DNA of 64,000 nt from the NCBI GenBank assembly GCA_963704725.1, contig OY969934.1, forward strand, positions 992,001-1,056,000, written 5' to 3'. The notes beneath the pieces are model-generated. The model searched no databases, was not told where the DNA came from, and saw nothing but the letters and a program-made list of their open reading frames with translations. The position numbers and the translations under genes were made by a program. The stretch's first letter is position 1; each line of letters begins with the position of its first letter. Positions 38,782-49,135 of the stretch are shown here, one piece after another. This stretch comes from an uncultured Actinomycetes bacterium (GTDB taxonomy: Bacteria > Actinomycetota > UBA4738 > HRBIN12).

Positions 38782-40269
38782 TCAGCGGGCGCCGGGGAAG
38801 CCGAGGTCGACGCGGCTGGTGGCCGGGTCGGGCCAGCGGCTCGTGACGGCCTTCTCGCGGGTCCAGAAGTGCATCCCCTCCGGGCCGTACATCTTGCTGT
38901 CCCCGAACAGCGACTCCTTCCACCCGCCGAACGAGTAGAAGGCGAGCGGCACGGGGATCGGCACGTTGACGCCCACCATCCCGACCTCCGCGTCGAACAC
39001 GAACTGCCGGGCCGCCCCGCCGTCGCGCGTGAAGATCGCCGCCCCGTTGCCCCACCGGCTCCGCCGGATCAGGTCGACGCCCTCCTCGTACGTGGCCACC
39101 CGGACGACCGTGCCCACGGGTCCGAAGATCTCGTCCCGGTAGCAGTCCATCTCGGTCGACACGTGGTCGATCACCGAGGGGCCGACGAAGAACCCGGCGC
39201 CCCACAGCGGGTGGTCGCGGCCGTCGACGAGGACCTCGGCGCCCTGCTCGCGGGCGCCGTCGAGGTACGAGACGACCTTGTCGCGGTGCTCTCGCGTCAC
39301 CAGCGGGCCCATCTCGCTCTCCGGGTCCATGCCGTCGCCGACCCGGAGCTTCGCCGTGCGCTCGAGGATCGCTTCCATGAGTGGCTCGGCGGCGTCGCCG
39401 ACCGGGACCACGGTGGCGATCGCCATGCACCGCTCGCCGGCCGAGCCGTTCACCGCGGACACCGCGGCGTCGGCGGCCATCCCGATGTCCGCATCGGGCA
39501 GCACGATCATGTGGTTCTTCGCTCCGGCCAGAGCCTGCACCCGCTTGCCGTTGGCCGAGGCGGTGGCGTAGACGTGGCGCGCGATGGGCGTAGACCCGAC
39601 GAAGCTCACCGCCTTGATGTCGGGGTGCTCCAGGATCCGGTCGACGATCACCTTGTCGCCCTGGACGACCTGGAACACGCCGTCGGGAAGCCCGGCGTCG
39701 CGGAAGGCCTCGGCCAGCAGGAGCGAGGCCCCCGGGTCCTTCTCCGACGGCTTGAGGATGAAGCAGTTCCCCGCGGCCATGGCGGCGGCGCACATCCACA
39801 TCGGGACCATGGCCGGGAAGTTGAAGGGTGTGATGCCGGCCACGACGCCGAGCGGCTGGCGCACCGAGTACAGGTCGATGCCCGTCGTGACCTGCTCGCT
39901 GAAGCTCCCCTTGAGCAGATGGGGGAGCCCCGCGGCGAACTCCGTGAGCTCGACGCCGCGCTCGACCTCGGAGGCGGCGTCGAACAGGCACTTGCCGTGC
40001 TGCGAGGTGACGACCTTGGCGATCTCGGTCTTGCGGGCGTCGAGGACCTCGCGGATCCGGAAGAACAGAGCGGCGCGCTTGGAGAGCGAGAGGGATCGCC
40101 ACTCGCCGAAGGCGTCCTTCGCGATGTCCGCGGCGCGGTCGAACTCCTGCACGGTCGCGAAGTCGACCTCGTGCGTCTGCTGCCCCGTCGCGGGGTTGAA
40201 GACCGGCCCAGAGCGCCCGGACTCCCCGACGACGACCTTCCCGCCGATCCAGTGGCTGATCCGTTCCAT
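38782..40269 (-). CDS. mmsA: CoA-acylating (methyl)malonate-semialdehyde dehydrogenase
   Basis: ITPFNFPAMVPMW, KPSEKDP, GAKNHMIV, AGERCMA, GVNVPIPVP. Confidence 0.95.
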   Translation of the reverse strand: MERISHWIGGKVVVGESGRSGPVFNPATGQQTHEVDFATVQEFDRAADIAKDAFGEWRSLSLSKRAALFFRIREVLDARKTEIAKVVTSQHGKCLFDAASEVERGVELTEFAAGLPHLLKGSFSEQVTTGIDLYSVRQPLGVVAGITPFNFPAMVPMWMCAAAMAAGNCFILKPSEKDPGASLLLAEAFRDAGLPDGVFQVVQGDKVIVDRILEHPDIKAVSFVGSTPIARHVYATASANGKRVQALAGAKNHMIVLPDADIGMAADAAVSAVNGSAGERCMAIATVVPVGDAAEPLMEAILERTAKLRVGDGMDPESEMGPLVTREHRDKVVSYLDGAREQGAEVLVDGRDHPLWGAGFFVGPSVIDHVSTEMDCYRDEIFGPVGTVVRVATYEEGVDLIRRSRWGNGAAIFTRDGGAARQFVFDAEVGMVGVNVPIPVPLAFYSFGGWKESLFGDSKMYGPEGMHFWTREKAVTSRWPDPATSRVDLGFPGAR

Positions 40270-40443
40270 CGAAGATCCCTCCCACGACGTCGGAACCGGG
40301 CCGGCCGGCGGCCGGGTTCGGTTGGGAAGGAGCCTACCGGGGGGCCGCCGGGGCCGCCGATGGTCAAGGTCCCGCCATGATCGGGACCTGCTCGGCGAGG
40401 CCCTCGGGAGGGTGCGGTTCGGGCTCTGCTAGCTTGGGGTCCC

Positions 40444-40953
40444 GTGAGCGGATCCCTGTTGGAGGACGCGTTCGCCCACCACACGTGGGCGTCCCTGCGG
40501 CTGCTCGATGCCTGCCTCGAGCTCACGCCGGAGCAGCTCGAGACCGCGGTGCCGGGAACCTACGGCTCGATCCTGGACACGGCGCGCCACGTCGTCGGTT
40601 CCGACGCCTGGTACCTGTTCCGCATCACCGGCGACCGAGCGCACGTCATCGACGAGGACCACATGAGCCTCGCCGAGCTCCGCGCCGCCATGCAGGGCCA
40701 CGGCGCGCTGTGGTCGGGGGTCCTGGCGCAGGATCGCGATGCGGACGCCGTCCTGGTGGGGGACAACGACGACGGATCCGTCACCCACGCGGCCACAGGG
40801 ATCCGCATCGCCCAGGTCCTGCACCACGGGACCGATCATCGGAGCCAGATCTGCACCGCCCTCACCACACTCGGCATCGAACCACCGCTCATCGACGTCT
40901 GGGCCTTCGGCGAGCAGAACGGTCGCGTCGTGGAGATCGCACCCCCCTCCTGA
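40444..40953 (+). CDS. DinB-family protein
   Basis: GSILDTARH...HGTDHRSQ His triad. Confidence 0.88.
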   Translation: MSGSLLEDAFAHHTWASLRLLDACLELTPEQLETAVPGTYGSILDTARHVVGSDAWYLFRITGDRAHVIDEDHMSLAELRAAMQGHGALWSGVLAQDRDADAVLVGDNDDGSVTHAATGIRIAQVLHHGTDHRSQICTALTTLGIEPPLIDVWAFGEQNGRVVEIAPPS

Positions 40954-41005
40954 CCAGGCCCCGGCGGGCCCCGATACACTGCCCGCGGCACGAGGAGGGA
41001 TCCCC

Positions 41006-42322
41006 ATGAGCGAGCTCACCGCCGACGAGATCGTCGACCTCTGTCTCAAGCACACGCTGTACGACTGGCAGCAGCAGGGCACGACCCGCCCCATCCCCGT
41101 GGCCTCGGCGCGGGGCGCCGAGTTCTTCACGGTGGACGGCAAGCGCTACCTGGACTTCAACAGCCAGCTCATGGGGGTGAACATCGGGCACGCCGACCCC
41201 CGCGTGGCCGAGGCCATCGCCGAGCAGGCCCGGGTGCTGCCGTACATCACGCCGTTCGCGGCCACCGCGGTGCGCGCCGAGCTCGGTCGCAAGCTCGCCG
41301 AGCTCCTTCCCGGGGACATGGACAAGGTCTTCTTCACGCTCGGCGGCGCCGAGGCGAACGAGAACGCCATCCGGATCGCGAAGGCCGTCACCGGTCGGCA
41401 CAAGATCCTGGCCCGGTACCGCAGCTATCACGGCGCCACCTACGCCACGGTCACGCTGACCGGTGACCCTCGCCGGTGGGGCAACGAGCCCGGCATGCCG
41501 GGCGTGGTGCACGTCCTCGACCCGTACCACGGGGTCCAGCGGGGGACCGACGACGCGCAGACGGCGCTGGCGTACCTCGAGGAGACGATCATGCTCGAGG
41601 GCCCGAGCACGATCGCCGCCTTCATCCTCGAGCCGGTGACGGGGACGAACGGCATCCTGATCCCGCCGGACGGCTACCTCCAGGGCGTCCGCGAGCTCTG
41701 CGACCGCCACGGCATCCTGTTGATCGCCGACGAGGTCATGACGGGGTTCGGGCGCACCGGTGAGTGGTTCGCGGTGAACCACTGGGGGGTCGTGCCCGAC
41801 ATCATCACGATGGCCAAGGGCCTGACCTCGAGCGCCGTGCCGCTCGGCGCCGTCGGGCTCCGGCCGAGCGTCCACCGCTACTTCGACGAGCACGTCTACT
41901 GGGGCGGCCTCACCTACAACTCGCACCCCCTCGGCCTGGCCGCGGCGCTGGCCACGATCCGGGTGTACGAGGAGGACGGCCTGATCGAGCGCTCGCGGAA
42001 GCTGGGAGACGTGATGGCCCGGCACCACCACGACCTCATGGACCGCCATCGGAGCGTCGGAGCCGTGCGCAACCTCGGGTTGTTCGGGATCCTCGAGCTG
42101 GTGCGGAGCCGCGAGACGATGGAGCCGATGGCCCCGTTCAACGGCACCAGTGACGAGATGAAGGCGATCGGGAAGTTCCTCGACGAGCGGGGCCTGTTCA
42201 CGATGATGCGGTTCAACGGCATCATGACGAACCCGCCGCTCTGCATCACCGAGGAGCAGCTTGCCGAGGGGTTCGGCATCATCGACGAGGCCCTCGCGCT
42301 CGCCGACGCCGCCGTCGCCTGA
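41006..42322 (+). CDS. Class III PLP aminotransferase (omega-amino acid type)
   Basis: GGAEANE, SYHG, LIADEVMTGFGRTG, PDIITMAKG. Confidence 0.93.
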   Translation: MSELTADEIVDLCLKHTLYDWQQQGTTRPIPVASARGAEFFTVDGKRYLDFNSQLMGVNIGHADPRVAEAIAEQARVLPYITPFAATAVRAELGRKLAELLPGDMDKVFFTLGGAEANENAIRIAKAVTGRHKILARYRSYHGATYATVTLTGDPRRWGNEPGMPGVVHVLDPYHGVQRGTDDAQTALAYLEETIMLEGPSTIAAFILEPVTGTNGILIPPDGYLQGVRELCDRHGILLIADEVMTGFGRTGEWFAVNHWGVVPDIITMAKGLTSSAVPLGAVGLRPSVHRYFDEHVYWGGLTYNSHPLGLAAALATIRVYEEDGLIERSRKLGDVMARHHHDLMDRHRSVGAVRNLGLFGILELVRSRETMEPMAPFNGTSDEMKAIGKFLDERGLFTMMRFNGIMTNPPLCITEEQLAEGFGIIDEALALADAAVA

Positions 42323-42462
42323 CCGGACCCGCCGCGGGCTGAGGCCGGGCAGGGGGCATCCCGTGGCGTGGCGGAATAGACCTCGCTCTTGATTCGGTTG
42401 TCGCTATGGAATCGAGAGTCCTTCCGGGGCCCAACCGAGGGCCCGCCCGAGAGGAGGTCGAG

Positions 42463-43041
42463 GTGGCACAGACGGAGACGTCGCGGTCGATCGAGGGGGT
42501 GGCGCTGCCGCCCGCGGGGACCTGGGTGTTCGATCCCGCGCACACGACGATCGAGTTCGTGGCCCGGCACATGCTGACGAAGGTGCGGGGCCGCTTCAAC
42601 GCGTACGACGGGACGATCGTGATCGCGGATCGGCCGGAGGAGTCCACGGCCTTCGTCGAGATCGACGCCGCGAGCCTCGAGACGAAGACGGACATGCGCG
42701 ACGACCATCTGCGCAGCGCCGACTTCCTGGACGTCGAGCGGTTCCCGAAGCTCACCTTCCGCAGCACGGAGCTCCGGCCCACGGGGGGCAGCACCTTCCG
42801 GCTCGTGGGGGACCTGACGATCAAGGACATCACGCACCCGGTCGTCCTCGACGCCGAGTTCCTCGGCTGGGGGCCGGGGCCGATGGCCGAGTCTCCGACG
42901 AAGGCCTTCTTCTCGGCCCGCACCGAGATCGACCGCGAGGCGTGGGACATGACGTGGAACATGGCCGTCGAGACCGGCGGCCTCCTCGTCGGCAAGCGCG
43001 TGCAGATCGAGATCGAGACGGAGCTCAACCGCCAGGCCTGA
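42463..43041 (+). CDS. YceI-family protein
   Basis: WVFDPAHT, RDDHLRSADFLDVERFP, GDLTIK. Confidence 0.93.
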   Translation: MAQTETSRSIEGVALPPAGTWVFDPAHTTIEFVARHMLTKVRGRFNAYDGTIVIADRPEESTAFVEIDAASLETKTDMRDDHLRSADFLDVERFPKLTFRSTELRPTGGSTFRLVGDLTIKDITHPVVLDAEFLGWGPGPMAESPTKAFFSARTEIDREAWDMTWNMAVETGGLLVGKRVQIEIETELNRQA

Positions 43042-43068
43042 TCCCCCCAGGGCGGCCCGCGTCCCGCC

Positions 43069-43674
43069 TCAGTCGCTGGGGCGCGGGCCGCTCGCCCCCG
43101 GCTCGTACCACTCGAGCTCGAAGAGGCGGTCGTAGGCGACGACCACGTCCCCGGCCACCCACAGGTCGCTCGTCCAGCCGGAGGAGAGCGCGGTGTACCG
43201 CCATCGGACGGCCGCGAACGTGCCGACCGGCGTCTCGACCTCCTCCTCGCCGAGGAGCTCATAGCGCTGGCGCTCGTCCCGCGGAACGCACGTCACCGGT
43301 TCGAGGAAGACGACGTCGATTTCGGTGGTCTCGGTCAGGCGCCGCACGGTCACGGTGTTGTAGGCCGGCGACAGGTAGTCGAGATGCCGCTCCGGCCCCC
43401 ACGCCCACGACATCGGCTCGCCGTCGAGCGCGCCGCGGAGCCGGTCGCCCTCGACCTCGAGCAGGAGGTCGTGCGTCTGGGTGTCGATCCGGGTCCGCAC
43501 CGGACGCCAGTCCTCGCCCACGACGAGATCCACGACCTCGTCGTGAGGCACCGGGTCGCTCGTGGCGATCTCCGAGAAGTAGCGCCAGCCCACCGGGCCG
43601 GGTGCGCACCGGAAGTGCTCGGTCCCTACGGCGGTCCCGTCGCCGTCCATCACGCGGTAGCGCCCCTCCGGCAT
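43069..43674 (-). CDS. Putative glycolipid-binding-domain protein
   Basis: SPAYNT..QRYE..VVAYDRLF beta-rich pattern. Confidence 0.65.
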   Translation of the reverse strand: MPEGRYRVMDGDGTAVGTEHFRCAPGPVGWRYFSEIATSDPVPHDEVVDLVVGEDWRPVRTRIDTQTHDLLLEVEGDRLRGALDGEPMSWAWGPERHLDYLSPAYNTVTVRRLTETTEIDVVFLEPVTCVPRDERQRYELLGEEEVETPVGTFAAVRWRYTALSSGWTSDLWVAGDVVVAYDRLFELEWYEPGASGPRPSD

Positions 43675-43739
43675 CGCTCGATGCTAGCCGCTGGGTGGGG
43701 GTCGTCGGCCGGGAGCCCGGCCGACGTACCATCGGCGCC

Positions 43740-44552
43740 GTGAAGGTCGCGCTGTGTCAGGCCAACTGCCGTGAGGACGTCGACGGCAACGAGCGGCAGG
43801 TCTTCGGCCTCCTCGAGGAGGCGGCCGCGGCCGGGGCCGACCTCGCGGCGCTGCCCGAGGTGTGGCCGTGCCAGGGATCGGCCCCCGAGATGCGCGCCGC
43901 GGCGGAGCCGCTCGACGGTCCGCGGGTGGCCAGGCTCGCCGAGACGGCCCGCCGCCACCGCATGTGGGTGCACGGCGGCAGCGTCCTGGAGCTCGCCGGC
44001 GACCACGTCTTCAACACGAGCGTGCTGTTCGATCGCGAGGGCGAGCTCGCGGCCACGTACCGCAAGATCCACCTGTTCGACGCCGATCCCCCCGGCGCCG
44101 TCCCCAGCCGGGAGTCCTTCCTGTTCTCGGCGGGGGACCAGGTCGTCACCGCGCCCACGGAGTTCGGGCGCGCGGGTCTGTCCATCTGCTACGACCTGCG
44201 GTTCCCCGAGCTCTACCGCCAGCTCGCGGTGCAGGGCGCGACGATCCTGTTCGTCCCGGCGTCGTTCCGGCTGGAGACGGGCCGGGACCACTGGGACGTC
44301 CTGGTGCGAGCCCGGGCCATCGAGGATCAGGCCTTCGTGATCGCCGCGGCCCAGTGGGGGACCTGGGGCCCACCCGGCCGAGAGCGGCGCACCTTCGGCA
44401 ACAGCCTGGTGGCCGATCCGTGGGGCCGCGTGCTCGTCCGGGCTCCCGACGGCGTCGGCGTCACGCTCGCCGAGCTGGACCTGGCCGAGGTGGGCCGGGT
44501 GCGCGAGGTCCTGCCGGCCCTCGGCCACCGCCGCCTGGGCCCCGTCTGCTAG
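43740..44552 (+). CDS. Carbon-nitrogen hydrolase (Nit1/deaminated glutathione amidase-like)
   Basis: LPE, YRKIHLFD, ICYDLRFPELYR catalytic triad. Confidence 0.92.
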   Translation: MKVALCQANCREDVDGNERQVFGLLEEAAAAGADLAALPEVWPCQGSAPEMRAAAEPLDGPRVARLAETARRHRMWVHGGSVLELAGDHVFNTSVLFDREGELAATYRKIHLFDADPPGAVPSRESFLFSAGDQVVTAPTEFGRAGLSICYDLRFPELYRQLAVQGATILFVPASFRLETGRDHWDVLVRARAIEDQAFVIAAAQWGTWGPPGRERRTFGNSLVADPWGRVLVRAPDGVGVTLAELDLAEVGRVREVLPALGHRRLGPVC

Positions 44553-44653
44553 CCAGCCCGGGCGTAGTCCCGGCGGGTCATCCGCCTCGGGTATTTCGGG
44601 GCGTTCGATTCAGGTTCGGGGGTCCCCCTGCCGATATCAAGTCCGCAGGTTGG

Positions 44654-44746
44654 TCCCGAAACGGCAAACCGCCGGGAACGGCGGGGCGCAAAGCTACGGG
44701 CCCTAACGCTCTTGGAGCGCGGGCGGCCGAGCTGCCGAAGGACGGG
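44654..44746 (+). promoter_or_regulatory. c-di-GMP-I (GEMM) class riboswitch
   Basis: GGCAAACCGCCG-GGAA-CGGCGGGGCGCAAAGCTACGGGCCCTAA...GGCGGCCGAGCTGCCGAAG matches the GEMM-I consensus. Confidence 0.88.
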
Positions 44747-44795
44747 CCTCCACCCGGAGCCCGGCCTGCCGGGACCCTGAATACGGGAGTCAGGG

Positions 44796-45263
44796 ATGGC
44801 GCGAGTGAGCTGGCGGAGCGGGTCGCGGATCGCGGCGGTGCTCCTGCTGAGCGTCTCCCTCCTGCTGACGGGGTTCGCGACCGACCACGCCCGAGCCGGC
44901 CAGGCCGCGCATGACCGTTCGGTGATGCTCCAGCTCACGAACGAGGCGCGTGCGATGAAGCATCGCGACGCTCTCGAGCTGGATCGGCAGCTCTCGAAGT
45001 ACGCCCTCAGGCACTCGCGTGCCATGGCGGCGAACCAGGAGCTGTTCCACTCGACGGACCTCGCGGGTGTGCTGGGGGGCCGCGACTGGTCGATCGGGGG
45101 CGAGAACGTGGGCTACGCCTCGTCCCTCGACGACCTGCAGGCCTCCTTCATGGGGTCGAGGCTCCACCGCCGGAACATCCTGCGGTCGGAGTTCGACCAC
45201 ACGGCGATCGGGGTCGTCGCGTCAGACGGGAAACTCTGGGTGACCGTCATCTTCTACGGCTAG
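44796..45263 (+). CDS. Secreted CAP/SCP-domain protein
   Basis: Signal peptide; TNEAR, HSRAMA, GENVG, FMGSRLHRRNIL..IGV. Confidence 0.9.
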   Translation: MARVSWRSGSRIAAVLLLSVSLLLTGFATDHARAGQAAHDRSVMLQLTNEARAMKHRDALELDRQLSKYALRHSRAMAANQELFHSTDLAGVLGGRDWSIGGENVGYASSLDDLQASFMGSRLHRRNILRSEFDHTAIGVVASDGKLWVTVIFYG

Positions 45264-45290
45264 CCCCTCCCGACCTAGCTGTAGATCAGG

Positions 45291-45319
45291 AGCGCCCCGG
45301 TCGAAGGACCGGGGCGCTT
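45291..45319. terminator. Hairpin between convergent genes
   Basis: AGCGCCCCGGTC-GAAG-GACCGGGGCGCT. Confidence 0.75.
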
Positions 45320-45336
45320 CGCCGTCCGGGGAGGGC

Positions 45337-45903
45337 TCAGGCCCGCTCGAGGTCCTCGGGCGCGTCGACGTCGACCGGCGCGTCGCCGCCCACGTCCACG
45401 CTCTCGACGAGCTCGGCCCGCCGTTCGATCAGCTCCCGGGCACCGACGTCACCCTCCAGGCGGGCCATGTCCCCCCACAGCTCCCGGGCGATCAGGGCGG
45501 GGCCGGGTCCCGATCGGAACGCGAGGCGAACGATCGGGGACCGTCGCGCGGCGAACGCCTCGAGGAGGGCCCGGACGTGCTGTGCCCGGATGCCGGGCTG
45601 GTCGGCCAAGAGCACGACCGCCGCCTCGCTCCCGGGATCCGCGTGCGCGAGGCCGGCGGCGAGCGACGAGGCCATCCCCGAGGCGTACCCGTGGTTCACG
45701 ACCCACCGCGCCCCACCGAGGCGGAGTCCCTCGCGGACGCGCACCGCGTCGTGTCCCAGCACGACCACGACCTCGTCGACTCCGGCCTCGGTCGCTGCAT
45801 CGATGGCGTGCTGCGCGAGCGGCTTGCCTCGCAAGGGGGCGAGCTGCTTGGTCCCCCCGAACCGGGTTCCCTCACCCGCCGCCAGGACGATCGCGCTGAT
45901 CAC
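45337..45903 (-). CDS. mocA: Molybdenum cofactor cytidylyltransferase (MocA-like)
   Basis: IVLAAGEGTRFGGTKQL, GMASSL, LADQP, GDVGAR, DVDAPED. Confidence 0.85.
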   Translation of the reverse strand: MISAIVLAAGEGTRFGGTKQLAPLRGKPLAQHAIDAATEAGVDEVVVVLGHDAVRVREGLRLGGARWVVNHGYASGMASSLAAGLAHADPGSEAAVVLLADQPGIRAQHVRALLEAFAARRSPIVRLAFRSGPGPALIARELWGDMARLEGDVGARELIERRAELVESVDVGGDAPVDVDAPEDLERA

Positions 45904-46520
45904 GTGCGGCGCCCGAACAGCCGGCGGAACAGGCGGACGATGACCGACCACGTCGCCGAGATCCCCAGCCGGATCCCGGAGATCGGCTTGGCCCGCACCG
46001 GGGCCGCGCCTCGTGCCGGCGCCCCCGGTGTCCCCTCGGCTCCGGCCGGTCCCGCCGGCGCCGGGGACTCCTCGCCCGCCACCATGCTGGCGTGCAGGCA
46101 CTCGGCGAACTGGGCGGTCAGCTTCCGGCTGACCTCGGGGAGCAGGCCGCGTGAGAGCTGGGCCACCGCGCCGGTGAGCTGGATGTCCGCGATCATCTTC
46201 ACGTTCGTCTCGCCGTCGCCCGGCTCGAGCCAACTGGTGACGAGCGCGTTCGCCGCGCCCTTGCCCTTCTGCTCCATGCCCTTGGCGTGCAGGACGACCC
46301 GATGCTCGTCGTCGTGGCGCTCCTCCATCGTGACGGTCCCGGCGAACGCCAGGGAGACCGGCCCGAGCCTCATGTTCACCCTGCCCTTCCAGGTGCGCTC
46401 GTCCACGGTCTCGGTGAGCTCGGCGCCCGGCATGCACGGCGCCACGCGCTCGACGTCCAGGAGGTACGCCCACAGGTGGTCGAGCGGCGCCGGCACGGTG
46501 AACTCGTTCTCGATCTTCAC
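45900..46520 (-). CDS. coxG: CoxG (SRPBCC) CO dehydrogenase accessory protein
   Basis: LLDVERVAPCMPGA, GAVAQLSRG, C-terminal membrane-associating tail. Confidence 0.88.
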   Translation of the reverse strand: MKIENEFTVPAPLDHLWAYLLDVERVAPCMPGAELTETVDERTWKGRVNMRLGPVSLAFAGTVTMEERHDDEHRVVLHAKGMEQKGKGAANALVTSWLEPGDGETNVKMIADIQLTGAVAQLSRGLLPEVSRKLTAQFAECLHASMVAGEESPAPAGPAGAEGTPGAPARGAAPVRAKPISGIRLGISATWSVIVRLFRRLFGRRT

Positions 46521-46588
46521 GCCACGTGCCCCCTCGGTGCGGTCGGCACCGCGGAGCCTATCGTGTCCCGCCCCGCCGGCGGCCCAGG

Positions 46589-47620
46589 TCAGACGCCCGC
46601 CGTGTGCCCGGCCGCCTCCCTCGACACCCGCTTGCGGAAGACCCAGTAGGTCCACGCCTGGTAGCCGAGCACGAGGGGGGTGAAGACCGCGGCCACGATG
46701 GTCATGACCTTCAGGGTGTAGTGCGTCGAGGACGCGTTCCAGATCGTGAGGTCGTTGGCCGGTCCGAGCGTCGACGGCATCACGCGCGGATACAGGTTGA
46801 GGAAGATCGTGGCGGTCAGGGCGACGATCGCCACCCCCGTGGCGACGAACGCCCACCCGTCGAGCCTGTCCCGCAGGAGCCACTCGACGGCGGCCACCGC
46901 GACGAGCGCGGTCACCGGGACCACCCCGGGGACGATGCCGTCGTTGTTCCGCGCGTTCACGAAGGTCCAGGTCAGGAACGCGAACACGGCCGCCGTCGAC
47001 GGAACGGCCAGCCACCTCGCGGCCCGGCGGGCCCGGTCGCGCAGGTCGCCGTCGGTCTTGAGCGCGAGGAAGACCCCACCGTGGAGCGTGAACAGCAGGA
47101 GCGAGGTCACGCCGCCCACCAGCGCGTAGGGGTTCAGGAGATCGAAGAAGGACCCCGCCCACTCGTGGTCCGGTCCGATCGCCACTCCTCGCAGCACGTT
47201 CGCGAACGCCACACCCCACAGGAGCGCGGGAAGCGCGCTCCCCCAGAAGATCGCGTGGTCCCACCATGCCTTCCACTCGGGTCGCCGGCCCTTGCCCCGG
47301 AACTCGAAGGCCACGCCTCGGAAGATCAGCGCCGCCAGGATCAGGAACAGGGCGAGGTAGAAGCCGCTGAAGAGCGTGGCGTACCACTCGGGGAAGGCGG
47401 CGAACGTGGCGCCGCCGGCGACGAGCAGCCACACCTCGTTGCCGTCCCACAACGGGCCGATCGCGTTCACCATCAGCCGCCGGTCGAGGTCGTCGCGCCC
47501 GAGGAACGGCAGGAGCACGCCGACGCCGAAGTCGAACCCCTCGAGGAAGAAGTAGCCCGTCCACAGGACGGCGATCAGCGCGAACCACAGGGTCGGGAGG
47601 TTGAGATATCCCTCGTTCAC
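46589..47620 (-). CDS. cydB: Cytochrome bd oxidase subunit II
   Basis: LEGFDFGVG, GPLWDGNEVWL. Confidence 0.96.
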   Translation of the reverse strand: MNEGYLNLPTLWFALIAVLWTGYFFLEGFDFGVGVLLPFLGRDDLDRRLMVNAIGPLWDGNEVWLLVAGGATFAAFPEWYATLFSGFYLALFLILAALIFRGVAFEFRGKGRRPEWKAWWDHAIFWGSALPALLWGVAFANVLRGVAIGPDHEWAGSFFDLLNPYALVGGVTSLLLFTLHGGVFLALKTDGDLRDRARRAARWLAVPSTAAVFAFLTWTFVNARNNDGIVPGVVPVTALVAVAAVEWLLRDRLDGWAFVATGVAIVALTATIFLNLYPRVMPSTLGPANDLTIWNASSTHYTLKVMTIVAAVFTPLVLGYQAWTYWVFRKRVSREAAGHTAGV

Positions 47621-47633
47621 CGTCGTCCCCCCA

Positions 47634-49028
47634 TCAGTAGACGAGCTCAGGGCCGGGCTTCGAGCCGTTCATCCGCTTGGGCGGGTCGGCCGGCGGCGGC
47701 TCGGACCGGGCGAACCTCGTGAGCAGGATCACGTCGACCACGCTGAGCAGCCCGTAGATCACGGTGAACCCGATCAGCGTGGTCGCGACGAACCCCACGC
47801 CCACGCTCGTCGAGACCGCGTCGGACGTCTTCATGAGCCCGAACACCACCCACGGCTGCCGCCCCATCTCGGTGAAGGTCCACCCCGTCGTGTTCGCCAC
47901 GTACGGCAGCGCGATGCCGAAGGGCGCCAGCAGGAGGAACCACCTCGCCGTGTCGAGACGCCGTCGCCGCACGTGCCACAGGCCGACGAGGCAGAGCAGG
48001 ATCATCAACAGCCCCGACCCGACCATGACCCGGAAGGTCCAGTAGGTGACCCCCACGACCGGCACGTAGCTCCCCGGGCCGTACGTGCGCTCGTACTCGG
48101 CCTGGAGGTCGTTGATCCCGAGCACCTCCCCGTTCCACGTGTTGGTCGAGAGCACCGAGAGCAGGTGCGGGAGCTGCACGTTGATGTGGTTGCGCCCGTT
48201 CTCCACGTCGCCCACGGCGAACAGGGAGAAGCCGGCCCCGCGCTCCGTCTCCCACAGCGCCTCCGCGGCCGCCATCTTCATGGGCTGCTGCTTCGTCATG
48301 AGCTGCGCCTGGAGGTGCCCGCTGAACGCCACGCCCACCGCCGCGAACAGGGAGACGGCAAGCGCGATCGTCATCGAGCGGCGGAAGACGACCCGCTCGT
48401 GCTCGCGCCGCAGGTGCCAGGCGGACACGCCCACGATGAACAGGCCGCCGGTGAGCAGCGCCGCCAGGATCGTGTGCGGGAAGTGCGCCCACAGCGTCGA
48501 GTTGGTCAGCATCGCCATGATGTCCTTGAGCTCGGCGCGCCCCGTGTCGGGGTTCACGGCGTAGCCGACGGGATGCTGCATCCAGGCGTTGGCGGCCAGG
48601 ATGAAGAACGCGCTGATCCACGTGCCAAACGCGACCAGCCAGATCGAGGCGAGGTGGGTGCGCTCGGAGAGCCGGTCCCACCCGAAGATCCACAGGCCGA
48701 GGAACGTGGACTCGAGGAAGAAGGCCGCGAGGCCCTCGATCGCCAGCGGCGCCCCGAACACGTCGCCCACGAACCGGCTGTACGCCGACCAGTTCATCCC
48801 GAACTGGAACTCCTGCACGATGCCGGTGACGACGCCGAGCGCGAAGTTGATCAGGAAGAGCTTGCCCCAGAACCTCGTCATCCGCAGGTACTCGGGCTTG
48901 CGCGTCTGGTACCAGGCCGTCTGGAACACGGCGGTGAAGAAGGCCAGCCCGATCGACAGCGGCACGAAGAGGAAGTGGAAGGAGGTGGTGATACCGAACT
49001 GCCATCGGGCGAGGTCGAACGCATCCAT
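47634..49028 (-). CDS. cydA: Cytochrome bd oxidase subunit I
   Basis: RWQF..FHFLF, EFQFGMNW, QPMKMAAAE, EMGRQPW. Confidence 0.97.
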   Translation of the reverse strand: MDAFDLARWQFGITTSFHFLFVPLSIGLAFFTAVFQTAWYQTRKPEYLRMTRFWGKLFLINFALGVVTGIVQEFQFGMNWSAYSRFVGDVFGAPLAIEGLAAFFLESTFLGLWIFGWDRLSERTHLASIWLVAFGTWISAFFILAANAWMQHPVGYAVNPDTGRAELKDIMAMLTNSTLWAHFPHTILAALLTGGLFIVGVSAWHLRREHERVVFRRSMTIALAVSLFAAVGVAFSGHLQAQLMTKQQPMKMAAAEALWETERGAGFSLFAVGDVENGRNHINVQLPHLLSVLSTNTWNGEVLGINDLQAEYERTYGPGSYVPVVGVTYWTFRVMVGSGLLMILLCLVGLWHVRRRRLDTARWFLLLAPFGIALPYVANTTGWTFTEMGRQPWVVFGLMKTSDAVSTSVGVGFVATTLIGFTVIYGLLSVVDVILLTRFARSEPPPADPPKRMNGSKPGPELVY

Positions 49029-49135
49029 CGGAAGACCTCCTCTCGCCGGCGAAAGGGTGACGCCTCGAGGGGGGTCGTTTCGCGGACACTCGACCTGCCC
49101 CGGGCGGGACGAACGCCATCCGGGTGGGCGAGCGG

